Numbered from the whole stretch's first letter, positions 12,207-24,880 are shown. The stretch is DNA of 63,498 bases, filler included, from Octopus bimaculoides (GCF_001194135.2; 6 parts of 6 records of this genome joined end to end with filler, not necessarily neighbours in it); one strand, 5' to 3'. Notes: generated by a model not told the origin, from the sequence alone. A program made the numbers and translations.

Positions 12207-13073
12207 NNNNNNNNNNNNNNNNNNNNNNNNNNNNNNNNNNNNNNNNNNNNNNNNNNNNNNNNNNNNNNNNNNNNNNNNNNNNNNNNNNNNNNNNNNNNNN
12301 NNNNNNNNNNNNNNNNNNNNNNNNNNNNNNNNNNNNNNNNNNNNNNNNNNNNNNNNNNNNNNNNNNNNNNNNNNNNNNNNNNNNNNNNNNNNNNNNNNNN
12401 NNNNNNNNNNNNNNNNNNNNNNNNNNNNNNNNNNNNNNNNNNNNNNNNNNNNNNNNNNNNNNNNNNNNNNNNNNNNNNNNNNNNNNNNNNNNNNNNNNNN
12501 NNNNNNNNNNNNNNNNNNNNNNNNNNNNNNNNNNNNNNNNNNNNNNNNNNNNNNNNNNNNNNNNNNNNNNNNNNNNNNNNNNNNNNNNNNNNNNNNNNNN
12601 NNNNNNNNNNNNNNNNNNNNNNNNNNNNNNNNNNNNNNNNNNNNNNNNNNNNNNNNNNNNNNNNNNNNNNNNNNNNNNNNNNNNNNNNNNNNNNNNNNNN
12701 NNNNNNNNNNNNNNNNNNNNNNNNNNNNNNNNNNNNNNNNNNNNNNNNNNNNNNNNNNNNNNNNNNNNNNNNNNNNNNNNNNNNNNNNNNNNNNNNNNNN
12801 NNNNNNNNNNNNNNNNNNNNNNNNNNNNNNNNNNNNNNNNNNNNNNNNNNNNNNNNNNNNNNNNNNNNNNNNNNNNNNNNNNNNNNNNNNNNNNNNNNNN
12901 NNNNNNNNNNNNNNNNNNNNNNNNNNNNNNNNNNNNNNNNNNNNNNNNNNNNNNNNNNNNNNNNNNNNNNNNNNNNNNNNNNNNNNNNNNNNNNNNNNNN
13001 NNNNNNNNNNNNNNNNNNNNNNNNNNNNNNNNNNNNNNNNNNNNNNNNNNNNNNNNNNNNNNNNNNNNNNNNN

Positions 13074-13111
<38 letters not shown>

Positions 13112-13116
<5 letters not shown>

Positions 13117-13383
13117 CTGAACCTTGGGAGGGGCATTATGCTGGTAATAATGCCCATCTCAAGGTTCAACGATGCCACCTTTATAGTCAGCACCGTGCAT
13201 TCCTTGTTCTTTCACTCTCTATTGACAGAAACCTTTTTCTACACTACCACTATAATTACTACTGTCTTTTTAACTACCTGTTGGGCAAACGAATAAATGC
13301 ATGTAAATAACATTTCTTCCTTCTTAGTGTTGATTCTTCGATGTTTACTGGTGACTCCGACGCGAGAACCTTCAAGCGTTACA
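13112..13383 (+). mobile_element. Putative solo LTR-like repeat
   Basis: Starts tattac (possibly TGTTAC) right after (TA)n, contains AATAAA and tggtgactccgac, and ends gttACA. No clear TSD. Confidence 0.35.
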
Positions 13384-13459
13384 TCTATACACTACATTTA
13401 ATAGTGGGCTACATCATATCGACCTGATATCACGTTTCATCCAGCCCACTACATATGTG

Positions 13460-13680
13460 TGTGTGTGTGTGTGTGCTTTTCTGTGTTTTTGTCTCGCCAT
13501 TACCATTTGACAACCAGTGTTGGTATGTTTGCCTCCCTGTAACTTAACGGTTCGGCAAAACAGACCGAGAGAGTAAGTACCAGGCTTAAAAAAGAAGTAC
13601 TGCAGTCGATTCTTTCGATTAAAAATTCAAGGCGTTGCCCCAGCATGGCCGAAGTCTAATGACTGAAACAAATAAAAGAT
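13460..13680 (+). mobile_element. SINE family B, 3' half
   Basis: ttgacaaccagtgttgg...cggttcggcaaaacagacc...ccccagcatggccgaagtctaatgactgaaaca. Confidence 0.75.
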
Positions 13681-14013
13681 AGGCAGTTAAATATATGTGC
13701 GGTCATAGAGTGACTAATGGTTTCACATCCATAAAACCCACACCTTTACAGCCGACTCACTAGACTCTAATGACGGAGTGCATATTACCTCTTTTCAAAC
13801 TGGAGGTAGAAAACCGTTACGAGCAGTTAATTTGGAGCGTTAAACAGGTCGAGTTATCTCCCTTGGATCGGTCCGGGTTAGCAAATTCTTTGGGTCTCAT
13901 GAGCAAACAGGGGATCTCCGCCCTTAGCTGTTTCCAGTCTGTAAGAACTTTTTCTAGCCCTAATCGACGAACGGGGAATCCCACGTCTGCAGCAGCTAGC
14001 TTTTAAAATTATG

Positions 14014-14052
<39 letters not shown>

Positions 14053-15293
14053 NNNNNNNNNNNNNNNNNNNNNNNNNNNNNNNNNNNNNNNNNNNNNNNN
14101 NNNNNNNNNNNNNNNNNNNNNNNNNNNNNNNNNNNNNNNNNNNNNNNNNNNNNNNNNNNNNNNNNNNNNNNNNNNNNNNNNNNNNNNNNNNNNNNNNNNN
14201 NNNNNNNNNNNNNNNNNNNNNNNNNNNNNNNNNNNNNNNNNNNNNNNNNNNNNNNNNNNNNNNNNNNNNNNNNNNNNNNNNNNNNNNNNNNNNNNNNNNN
14301 NNNNNNNNNNNNNNNNNNNNNNNNNNNNNNNNNNNNNNNNNNNNNNNNNNNNNNNNNNNNNNNNNNNNNNNNNNNNNNNNNNNNNNNNNNNNNNNNNNNN
14401 NNNNNNNNNNNNNNNNNNNNNNNNNNNNNNNNNNNNNNNNNNNNNNNNNNNNNNNNNNNNNNNNNNNNNNNNNNNNNNNNNNNNNNNNNNNNNNNNNNNN
14501 NNNNNNNNNNNNNNNNNNNNNNNNNNNNNNNNNNNNNNNNNNNNNNNNNNNNNNNNNNNNNNNNNNNNNNNNNNNNNNNNNNNNNNNNNNNNNNNNNNNN
14601 NNNNNNNNNNNNNNNNNNNNNNNNNNNNNNNNNNNNNNNNNNNNNNNNNNNNNNNNNNNNNNNNNNNNNNNNNNNNNNNNNNNNNNNNNNNNNNNNNNNN
14701 NNNNNNNNNNNNNNNNNNNNNNNNNNNNNNNNNNNNNNNNNNNNNNNNNNNNNNNNNNNNNNNNNNNNNNNNNNNNNNNNNNNNNNNNNNNNNNNNNNNN
14801 NNNNNNNNNNNNNNNNNNNNNNNNNNNNNNNNNNNNNNNNNNNNNNNNNNNNNNNNNNNNNNNNNNNNNNNNNNNNNNNNNNNNNNNNNNNNNNNNNNNN
14901 NNNNNNNNNNNNNNNNNNNNNNNNNNNNNNNNNNNNNNNNNNNNNNNNNNNNNNNNNNNNNNNNNNNNNNNNNNNNNNNNNNNNNNNNNNNNNNNNNNNN
15001 NNNTATATATATGTATATATATATGCTTGTGTATGTATGTATATATACTGCACACGTAGATTTACATACATACAGCAACTTAATAGGACGATATACATTT
15101 CTATACATATAAGACTGAAGTTATTTCCCTTGAATATTTCTTTTACCCCTCGAAACTGGAAGATTACCTATATATATATAACGGTTTCCATTGCGCAAAC
15201 GTCGGTATAGTGTAAAACACAATTAAGTTATTTATCAATACATAATCAATACCTAGTGGCCTTTCTGGTGTTTCTTCTGCGCTCGTCACTGAT

Positions 15294-15475
15294 GTTGTTT
15301 AGTCCCAGATCGTCTCTGATCCTGAAAACATATGCTTGAACAGGACTTTTCCGTCTTTTCAGAGATACTTAATCCATTAATAATTGTCGTTTTGTTTTTA
15401 ATGACCATATGGTGGGAACTGAAAAAGATTTTGCCACTACATCTAGCAGGTCGAAATAACGCATAGAAGCCCGTT
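15294..15475 (-). repeat. Unclassified interspersed repeat family E (also about 23190-23390 +, 27010-27190 +, 34130-34260 -)
   Basis: Shared diverged motifs gctagaaatagcagc(c)aaatct and ...atgcctttgatcatag(g)tct...ctgggg(a)ctaaacaac. Confidence 0.45.
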
Positions 15476-15616
15476 CTTTTGTACTACCGTAGATAGGAGG
15501 AATACGTGTGGCAGTGGCAACAGTCTTCGTGAAGTTAGGAACTTCATTCTATGTAATATTATTTCTACTAATTAGATTTTAGAGTTTTTATTCTGTATTT
15601 TAAGTAAAAGGATTAT

Positions 15617-15694
15617 GTGAGAATTAAGTACCTTGTCAATAGCGCAGCGGACAGATTAAGTGAGAATTAAATACCTTGTCAACAGCGCAGCGGA
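15617..15694. repeat. Two-copy tandem repeat, period 43 bp
   Basis: gtgagaattaa(g/a)taccttgtcaa(t/c)agcgcagcgga x2. Confidence 0.8.
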
Positions 15695-16777
15695 AAGTAA
15701 TAAGGTAGCAACATATCAAAGCTTTCAACTAGCAGACCAATATTTCAATACACCAAACTACAACCATTTCGTAGGCAGAAGGGAGACAACTCTTTAACTT
15801 AATGTGTAATCCTATAGATTCACAAGCAAATTTTACTACTTGCCCTGAATAAAGTCTTTACCAGGCCACACTATCTGCTAGAATTTGCAGCTAAATTTCA
15901 ATTTACTTATGCTCTGCTACAGTGGTTCTTAACCTTTTTTTTGCAGTAAGTAGTTGTTATGTCTGATGCGTTATAAGTGGCGAACGAATTATCATGACTA
16001 AACTATCTTAGCATAGATGATGGATTGTATGAGCTTTTAAAAGTGGAATGATAAAAAAATCAATAGAGACAAAAGTTGTAAATTTACTTTATACATTGCA
16101 AGTTAATGACTTCCTTGTGCCTGATAAGATCTAGCTAAATTTTCTACATCTGGTTCAATGTTAGTCAAAAGAATTCGTAAGTCTCCTCTTTGCCTTATTG
16201 CAAATATATTTTGTTGCTTTGTCAGCAATTGAAACACTGCACTGAATTCTTCTTCTTTTAGATATGAAGAAGGAAAAACAGTGAATAATAATTTAGTTTC
16301 TTACTCAAGTTGAGAATATTTGCTTTGTATTTTGGGCCAGAATGACTCATAACAAAAGTTATTGAAGATATACATGAGCTTCGAAATAATTTTCAAGTCG
16401 ATAATTTATTTATTCAAACTTGGTTGAGTAGGAGAGACATCAGAAAGAAATGGATTTACAACACAATCTGGTGCTTTAAGGTCAGTAAAATATTCAAACC
16501 TTATCATTAAGTCTTCTTTAAGTGTCTGCAGATGAGAACAAAAGCAATCTATATCTGCGTCTAAAATTAAATAGCTATCATTGATTTGTACTATGTGCAG
16601 GCTTGGAAACTGTAAAGAATCTCTTGTCAATAATCTCTCTTTGTTGAATCCTAATTTGCTGATAAATGCACCTATAATTCCCTTTGCCTTAATTAAATTC
16701 ATATTATTTCTTTGCAACTTAATGTTAACTTCATTTAATTTAGAGAAAATATCAGAAAGATATGCCATCCCCATCAT

Positions 16778-17075
16778 ATCATCATCATCATCATCATCAT
16801 CATCGTTTAACGTCCGCTTTCCATGCTAGCATGGGTTGGACGATTTGACTGAGGACTGGTGAAACCGGATGGCAACACCAGGCTCCAATCTAATTTGGCA
16901 GAGTTTCTACAGCAGGATGCCCTTCCTAACGCCAACCACTCAGAGAGTGTAGTGAGTGCTTTTACGTGTCACCCGCACGAAAACAGCCATGCTCGAAATG
17001 GTGTCTTTTATGTGCCACCCGCACAAGAGCCAGTCCAGGGGCACTGGCAACGATCTCGCTCGAAAACCCTACAAA
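16778..17075 (-). mobile_element. Retroposon 3' end with RTE-type (GAT)n tail, inserted in the hAT element
   Basis: Minus strand ends cgtccaacccatgctagcatggaaagcggacgttaaacgatgatgatg and contains ggttggcgttaggaagggcatcc. Confidence 0.7.
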
Positions 17076-17080
17076 GGCCA

Positions 17081-17189
17081 GTTGATAAAATAAGTACCAG
17101 TTGAGCACTGGAGGTTGATGGAATCGACTCATTCCCTCCACCCAAACTCGCTGGCCTTGTACCAAAATTTGAAACCATTATTATTATTA
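17081..17189 (+). mobile_element. SINE family A, 3' fragment with (TTA)n tail
   Basis: gttgataaaataagtaccagttgagcactg...gaaaccattattattatt. Confidence 0.7.
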
Positions 17190-18939
17190 CTTCCTTTAAC
17201 TGCAGTAAGGACACAAGAAATTCTAAAGCAGTATCATAGATATCATAAAGACGCTTTAAAAATTTTTCATTTGAGAGCCACCACACCTCAGTATAAAGCA
17301 GTAGGCGTTTAGATTTTTCTTGTTTTTCTTGGCAAAGCTTCTGAAAGATACAGTCATTCATTGACTGGGTCTTTATTTTATTCACTGTTGTAATTACATC
17401 ATCCAATGTGTTACATAGTGTACTACCAAAATGTTTTGCAGCCAAGTGTTCTTGATGAAAAACACAGTGAACCGCAAATATATGTTGAACTACTTCCTTT
17501 AAATGTGCTATAAATCCATGATAATGGCCTTTTGAGGCTGGTTCTCAGTCTGTTGCATGTGCAATAATATTTGTGAGAGGAGCATTTTCAGAATTAAAAT
17601 AAAAGATTTAACAGTCTTAAAAATTGCAAAACCTTTTGTGCCAAGTACCATTTTTTCAGCAAAGAGAAACTCTTCAACAATTTTCTGATTTGAATTTACA
17701 TAACAGGCGTAAGCCATTAACAAAGATTCCTTGTCCTGTAAAGTTGACTCATCAAGTTGTAAAGAAAATTCTTCATTTATTTCCAATATCTTTCTTAGTA
17801 TCTGCATGGAATCAAAGAACTGGCAGAAAGGTGGCTTCAGATGGTACAATGTGATTCTTGGTTTACTTCCCTTTATCTTTTGCCATGTCATCTATTCTTT
17901 CTGCTACTGTACTATTACTGAGAGGAGCGGACGCTGTTACAGCAATTTTACCTGAGTAAATCATAGTATTCAAAACTTCTTTTATAGTTAGTGGGAGAAG
18001 AGTTTCACTAATTGTGTATGGTTTTCCACATTGAGCAAATAATTTTGAAAGTCTGTAAGACATAACCAACCCCTTTTCCATTTGCTTAGTTTGTTTGATA
18101 AACAACCCTTTGAGAGTTAAACCTTTTAAAATAATTTTTCATTTGATGAATGTAGTCCTTAGCTTTTCCAGCTTTATCTGGATGCATTTTTTGTAAATGT
18201 TCAATCATTCTTGAGAACATTCTTTTTCACATATTAAACATAGTAGCAATTGCTCATTATTTATAGATAGAATAAAAAATCCATGGTTTCAAATATTCAC
18301 TTGAGTATTGACAGCACTTTCTTTTCCTACTCATTCTAAATTTATAAAATGGTAATGTACACAACAATTGTATATAATTAAGTCACTTAACAAAATATAA
18401 TGGAGATCCCACTGTATGAAGAAAACAAGCAAGACTGCCTGCCTAAAAAATACTATTCATGAAAGAAATATAACATTAAAAATTAATTCTTTGTGTTCAA
18501 TCATATCTTTATCCATGATATATACTTATCTTTTGTTTCATTTTAATAATCATTACTAGTTTTATCATGTCTACTATATTAACTACTGTAGGTAAAATTT
18601 AGTATGTTAATTATGTTACCTCACTGCCCTCTACAACTTAACACTCCCTGCAAAATGCCCAATACCACTTTAGGAGTGGTACGGGCCACATGTAGAACCA
18701 TTGATCTATAAAAAGAAAGACAGACTGTTTATAGCTGGAACACAATTAAGCATAGTTGTGCTTGACATGTGTTTAAACAACAACAACAGCAACAACAAAC
18801 AGTATGCATATATTTTAACCCAGGACTCAATGAAATATCTGCAGTGTGATATGAACTTATGAGCAGTTAATTAACGATCTGATACTATATCCACTTGATC
18901 ATTTGACATTTCCATGACATAAAACTTATTTATTTATTT

Positions 18940-18975
<36 letters not shown>

Positions 18976-19033
18976 TTATTTATTTATTCTCTTGGACACA
19001 ATCCTGTATTTCATTCATTGTTAAAGTGAATTG

Positions 19034-19076
<43 letters not shown>

Positions 19077-19810
19077 TTAGACCATCGGACAAAATGCTTT
19101 CTAATATTTAGTTACTGATCTTTATGTACTGAGTTCAAATCTGACCAAGGTTGATTTGCTTGTTGGTAAAATGAAGTGGCAGTCAAGTACTGGTGTGGAT
19201 ATGATTGACTACATCAAATCCCCTAAATTTAAAGTTTAGTGTCTTTGTTAGGAATCATGACACGAGAGACTTAGAGTAGCGAATACGTACAAATGATAGA
19301 GTGCTGCACAAAATGCTTTGCTTATTTAATTCAGAATCTTTATGTTCTACATTCAAATCACATATGAGTTTGACTTTCAGGTGTCAATATAATAAAGTGT
19401 TAGGTGCAATAATATCCAGTTTAACTGTTCCACATATTTGAAATTTTATACAGATATGAAATTGAAAACATAATGAAGGTGATGTATTAAAAAAAAATCG
19501 ATAAAAGTTTTTGGACAAATTACTACATGGTAATAAGCCACATTCTTTTACATTCTGAGTTCAAATTCAGATGAGGCCGATTTTCACCTTTTATCTTTCC
19601 TGTATAGATAAAAGAAGAATCAGAATGAATGTAATTGACTGTTATGTCACAATAAATTTGTACTCTTGCACTTCTGTTAGATAGCTATATCATGGTGAAA
19701 CTGAAACTTACTGGAGCACAAGGCAAAATTCTTTACACTATCTAGAGAGTTTCAGAGTTAAAATATTACTGGAAACCACATTATTTTTGCTTGAAGTTGT
19801 AAGGTAAAAG

Positions 19811-20208
19811 TTGGCTGTGTGGTAAGTAGCTTGCTTACCAACCACATGGTTCTGGGTTCAGTCCCACTGCGTGGCAAGTGTCTTCTACTATAGCCTCGGG
19901 CTGACCAAAGCCTTGTAAGTGGATTTGGTAGACAGAAACTGAAAGAAGCCCATCGTATATATGTATATATATATGTATGTATGTGTGTGTATGTGTTTGT
20001 GTGTCTGTGTTTGTCCCCCCAACATCGCTTGACAACCGATGCTGGTGTGTTTACGTCCCCGTGACTTAGCGGTTCGGCAAAAGAGACCAATAGAATAAGT
20101 ACTAGGCTTCCAAAGAATAAGTCCTGGGGTCGATTTGCTCGACTAAAGGCGGTGCTCCAGCATGGCCACAGTCAAATGACTGAAACAAGTAAAAAGAGTA
20201 AAAGAGTA
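19811..20208 (+). mobile_element. SINE family B, full length, low divergence
   Basis: Best reference copy: tRNA-like head, internal microsatellite, gagtaaaagagta tail. Confidence 0.88.
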
Positions 20209-20419
20209 TATCAATAATATAGTCAAATTGAGACACTTGACTGTATCCATCCTTCTCTCTCACCTTTCATCCATCCACTCCACCTATCCATCCACTCCAC
20301 CTATCCATTCATACACACACACACACATACATATATATTTAGATTCAATGGTTGTTCAGATTTGTGTGTTTTGTTTTATACATGCACTCTCATGCACACA
20401 GCTGCATGTTTAGACATGA

Positions 20420-20762
20420 ACTTATGTATATAAGTATGTATGTATGTATGTATGTATGCATGTATGCATGTATGTATGTATGTTTGTATGTACGTATGTA
20501 TGTATGTATGTATGTATGTATGCATGTATGTGTGTGTGTATGTGAGTGTGTGTGCGTGTGTGCCTGTATCTATGTATCTACCTATCTATCTATGCCTACC
20601 TACCTACCTACCTACTTACCTACCTACCTACCTACCTACCTACCTACCTACCTACCTACCTACCTACCTACTTACCTACCTACCTACCTACCTACCTACT
20701 TACCTACCTACCTACCTACCTACCTACTTACCTACCTACCTACCTACACACACACACACACA
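20420..20762. repeat. Compound (TATG)n-(TG)n-(CCTA)n-(CA)n microsatellite
   Basis: Direct inspection. Confidence 0.9.
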
Positions 20763-20799
20763 TATATGTATGTACATATGAAAATGGCACTTATGAGGC

Positions 20800-22940
20800 T
20801 CTCATAAGTGCTACTGGTAACATGTGATCCAGTAAAACCTGTTGCATGGTTGGGTTGCCAGTGACTAAACTGGTACCCTCATCAGGCTACCCTAGTGAGG
20901 AGGGTTGCTAGAAACCCAGCAAGATTAAAAACAAGACCCGTGGAAAGGTCAGATGAACCTAGTGCAGGCTCAATGGCTATCTGGCAATAGTATGGGTATG
21001 CAGAAGTTCCAGGATGGTTTCCGGTGTGCAAGAAGACCACTGGGAGTGAGGCACCCCTCAACTTCTGTTGAAGCATGCCTCTAGGAGAAGGTCACTTTGA
21101 TATAAAACCAGATATGCAGGGAATGGCATTGGACATTTTGGGGATCTTTGGTTTGTGCTAGAGATCATGGTGCTCCCACATCCTGAACCTGTGATTCATA
21201 TTGGTACCTGACATCTCACTCTGGTTTGTCTCTGGATAATGTCAATAGAGTGGAGAAGGTCTATGTGGTATCATGCAAGCCTTATTGGACCTAAAACTCT
21301 GCACAGGCATTGCTAACAACTGCTTGATATGACCCACTTATTTTTGTTTTTTCCCTGTATATGTTTATTTTATTTTCAGTATATATGTATCTTTATTTTT
21401 AGTATATATTTGTTTATTTTTAGTATATATTTATATATTTATTTACCTTTATTATACATTTATTTTGTTTTTATTTGGAAGTCCTGTGGTGATGGAAAGG
21501 TGGCAAAGCATGGAGACCTGATGGGCTGGAAGTATGTAGTTAGCAACCTGCACGTAGGTGGCCCATGCTAGATATAAAGTTGTCTTCTTGTTGCCCATGA
21601 CAACGATAGGATTCAGTTGCTGCATAGGTGTTTGAGCAGCTCCATTTGGAGAGGGCACTGCTCACCAGAGGCTAGAAAATGTGAACCAAAAATTGTGTCT
21701 TTCTATATCTGGTCAGTTTAGCATGACTGACAGATGTCCACTCTGCACTCGAAAAACAAAGAGACTGTTTTTACAAAATCTGGATGGAGCTTGAACATTT
21801 CATTTTGGAATGTGCACACTCTGTTGGATAACAAGAGTGATTGTAGGCTTCAAAGACGCACTGCACTTGTTGCTTGTGAGCTGAACCACTATAAAATTGA
21901 TATAGCTGCACTTTCAGCGACTTGTATAGAAGGTGATGGTCAGCTTGAGGAAGTAGGAGGTGGATAGACCTTTTTTTGGAAGGGGAGGCTGAAGGAGGAG
22001 CACTGAGAGGCTGGTGTTGGCTTTGCAGTTCGATCTGATATGCTTAAGAAATTGGAGGAACTTCCTGTTCCTATAAATGAACTAATAACTCTACAATTGC
22101 ACCAGAAAGGTGAGTGGTTTGCTACTCTAATAAAGCCTATGCACCTACTTTGACTAGTTATGATGAAGATAAAACTATCTTTTATACCCAGCTGAGAACC
22201 ACACTTAAGAAAATCCTTACTTCTAATAAAGTCATTCTACTGGGGAATTTCAATGCCAGGCTTGGAACAAACTGGCTAACATGGAACTCTCTAGGATGTT
22301 TTGGTGTAGGGAAAAATGAATAGCAATGGACTCATGCTGCTGGAGCTTTGCGATGAACATGGACTTTACATTGCTAGCACTCATTTTATGCACAAAGGTG
22401 ATCACACAACAATGTGGATGCATCCAAGGTCTAAAATTTGGCACTTGCTGGATTATGTCATTATCTGCAAGCATGAAATCCATGACATTTGTAATGTCAA
22501 GTCCTTTCATGGATCGTGATGTCGGACAGACCACAGTCTGGTGCAAGCAAAGTTCTGGATGATGATTAGAGTGAAAGAGAGAAGAGGGCCAGTTGGTATT
22601 TCTCGGTGTCTGAATGTCCACAAGATGTATGATGTTGTGTTGAAGTAAGAGCTTCACACTCACTTGTCCAGCATTGAAAATACTACAGTATGGGAAGATT
22701 TTCAAGACCATGTTCTTCAATGTGCTGCTGAAATACTGAGATATGACACTGCCAGACACACAGACTAGTTTGATGAAAATGATGCTGAAATTCAGCAACT
22801 ATTGGTGGTAAAGCGCCATGCTCACAATGTATTGCTGCACAGAGGATTTTCAGCGGTGCAGCAAAATCTGGCACTTGCCCACTATAACAGTGTAAAATCA
22901 CTACTGCAGCGATCTCTCAGGAAGATGCAGAGCACTTAGT
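20800..22940 (+). mobile_element. RTE-clade LINE, 5' UTR plus APE endonuclease region, 3' truncated, decayed
   Basis: Frameshifted peptides LNISFWNVHTLLD, RRTALVACELNHYKIDIAALS, AYAPT, ILLGNFNARLG, NSNGLMLLELC, WMHPRSKIWHLLDYVI. The extent of the upstream UTR (20800-21730) is inferred. Confidence 0.85.
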
Positions 22941-24028
22941 TTCATCTAATTTAACAGATACATCGAGTCTATGCTTCATTGAGAACATCAAATAAAGCCT
23001 TAATATATCCCGTAGTTGTCAGAATAATCAAACTAGCATTGGTTGTTGACTAATATTGTCTTTTTCCTGGTAGCACAATTATTTGTAATTCGCTTTTAAT
23101 CCTCACTGCATTAAATATGTCAACACTAACTAACATAACTAGTTGAAAAAATTAAACTCTGGTAGCTATGGGCGAATGAGTGTCTCTACCTGATTGATTC
23201 ACCTACCCGAAACATCAGCTAAATCTCACTCAAACCATGCCCTTCTGTCTTAACAAAAAGGTATATTGGATCATTTAATCAGGAATAACCTTATAACTGA
23301 ACAAATCATCAGAATGGTCATGGCTGAATAGCCTTTGATCATAGATCTGTATAGTCGGGAATGATCTGGGACAATGTCAAGCAATCAAATCTGTCTTAAA
23401 TCACATCATACGATTTCATAAATGAAAGAATTAAATGCAGATTCTTAATGATGGTAAAGTAGACACCAGTAAAGCATATCTGAGAAAAAAAGAAAAGACC
23501 TGATTCTCAAGGCTAGAATTGCTTTGATAATAGGACTGTCCACTTGACCAAAATAGACCAACCTGATATTAAGCAATATCTTTGGCAATCTGACCACAAA
23601 AGGAAAACAGAATGTTTTTACATCCTCTTTCTGGAATTATAAGATCCCCAAACATCCATCATCTGAGATTTTTTGGAATGCTGTCATAACACGCTACAAA
23701 TGGAAAACTCCATTAAGTGCTGCGTTGATTCCACCTGGTACAGTTGTTTTATGTGAATTGTGACATGTGAATTTCTAAGCAATGATAATCATGTTTTGTT
23801 TTATGTTAAGTAATCATAAAACGTTATTTTACGTGATATCTGAATTTCACTTCCATGTATGAGTGTAATATGACTTGCACATTATTTTAAAAATAAAATC
23901 CTGACTTTTTTCAGTTTTCCTTTTATTTGCATTTTATTTTATCTACGTGTAATTATGCTCAAAGCTTTGTTTTTATAAAACCAAATACCTGTATTGTAAA
24001 AAATAAAGTAGAAATATCATATGTGTAC

Positions 24029-24413
24029 TGTAACCTTTTGATCAAAACATGACATCGTATGTGGAGACTGATAACATATCTTTCTGATGGTATAAAAAAT
24101 TATAAAAACAAATATAAAACTACATTCAGGGTATACGTATAGGATATATTATGAAATGTAGGAGGAATTTCAACCATGTTTCGTGGTCTGCTACCACAAC
24201 AGCTCCTTTATAGGATCCAGTTAGCTTAAGACATCATCAGGAGGAACCACGTCCGGTTTCGGCCCCTACTCCTCTACCGTTTAGACGTGGCGGGGCCCCC
24301 ACTTTCGGACATGTCTTCGGCTCTGGTGTTGAGTGCTTGTCTTCTTTCTTCTGTTCCCTGGCCTCTTCGATGCAGCGTCAATGAGTGTCAGCGGCCGACT
24401 GACTGTCTTGTCA
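24029..24413 (-). mobile_element. Putative solo LTR
   Basis: Minus strand starts TGACAAG next to (TA)n, has a TATA-like cctataaagg, and ends aggttACA. About 385 bp, with no matching TSD. Confidence 0.45.
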
Positions 24414-24432
24414 ATATATATATATATATATA

Positions 24433-24705
24433 CTAGCAGTATAACCCGACCTTGTCCGGGTGTGACTTATTATGCCATCTACGATAAGTCTTGCTAGCCG
24501 AAAATCAACTAAAAAAGAAAGCCTTACAACGAAAAAACCCTTATGATGTAAATATGTTCATAATTCAAAAGACGATGAAATTAATAGGGAAAGTCTGAAG
24601 GCCGTTTTGCGTAAAATTATTAAGCATACGTAAATTTCATCCGTGTAATTGGCTATAGAAATGCTTGTCAAAACAACTTTTTGCGCTGCCCTGATTATAC
24701 ATAGC
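24433..24705 (-). mobile_element. Non-autonomous Helitron-like element, 3' end
   Basis: Minus strand: GC hairpin cccggacaaggtcggg, 9-nt spacer, CTAG, then T. The other end is lost in a gap. Confidence 0.6.
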
Positions 24706-24805
24706 NNNNNNNNNNNNNNNNNNNNNNNNNNNNNNNNNNNNNNNNNNNNTTAATTAATTAANNNNNNNNNNNNNNNNNNNNNNNNNNNNNNNNNNNNNNN
24801 NNNNN

Positions 24806-24880
<75 letters not shown>

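Larger units (their letters stand above)
15920..18703 (-). mobile_element. hAT (Buster/Charlie-type) DNA transposon, near complete, transposase pseudogene about 16103-18335
   Basis: TIR-like ends cagtggttct (15920) and agaaccattg (18694-18703). Frameshifted peptide pieces: KCCQYSSEYLK, CLICEK...IEHLQKMHPDK (BED finger), KPYTISETLLP, FSLQLDESTL, MAYLSDIFSKLNEVN, RGDLRILLTNIEPD, QAQGSH-stop. Confidence 0.88.

Noticed and set aside
24168-24246. CUGAUGA...GAAAC on the minus strand as a hammerhead
   Set aside because: Stem I does not form and stem II is out of register. It is better explained as part of the LTR-like element.
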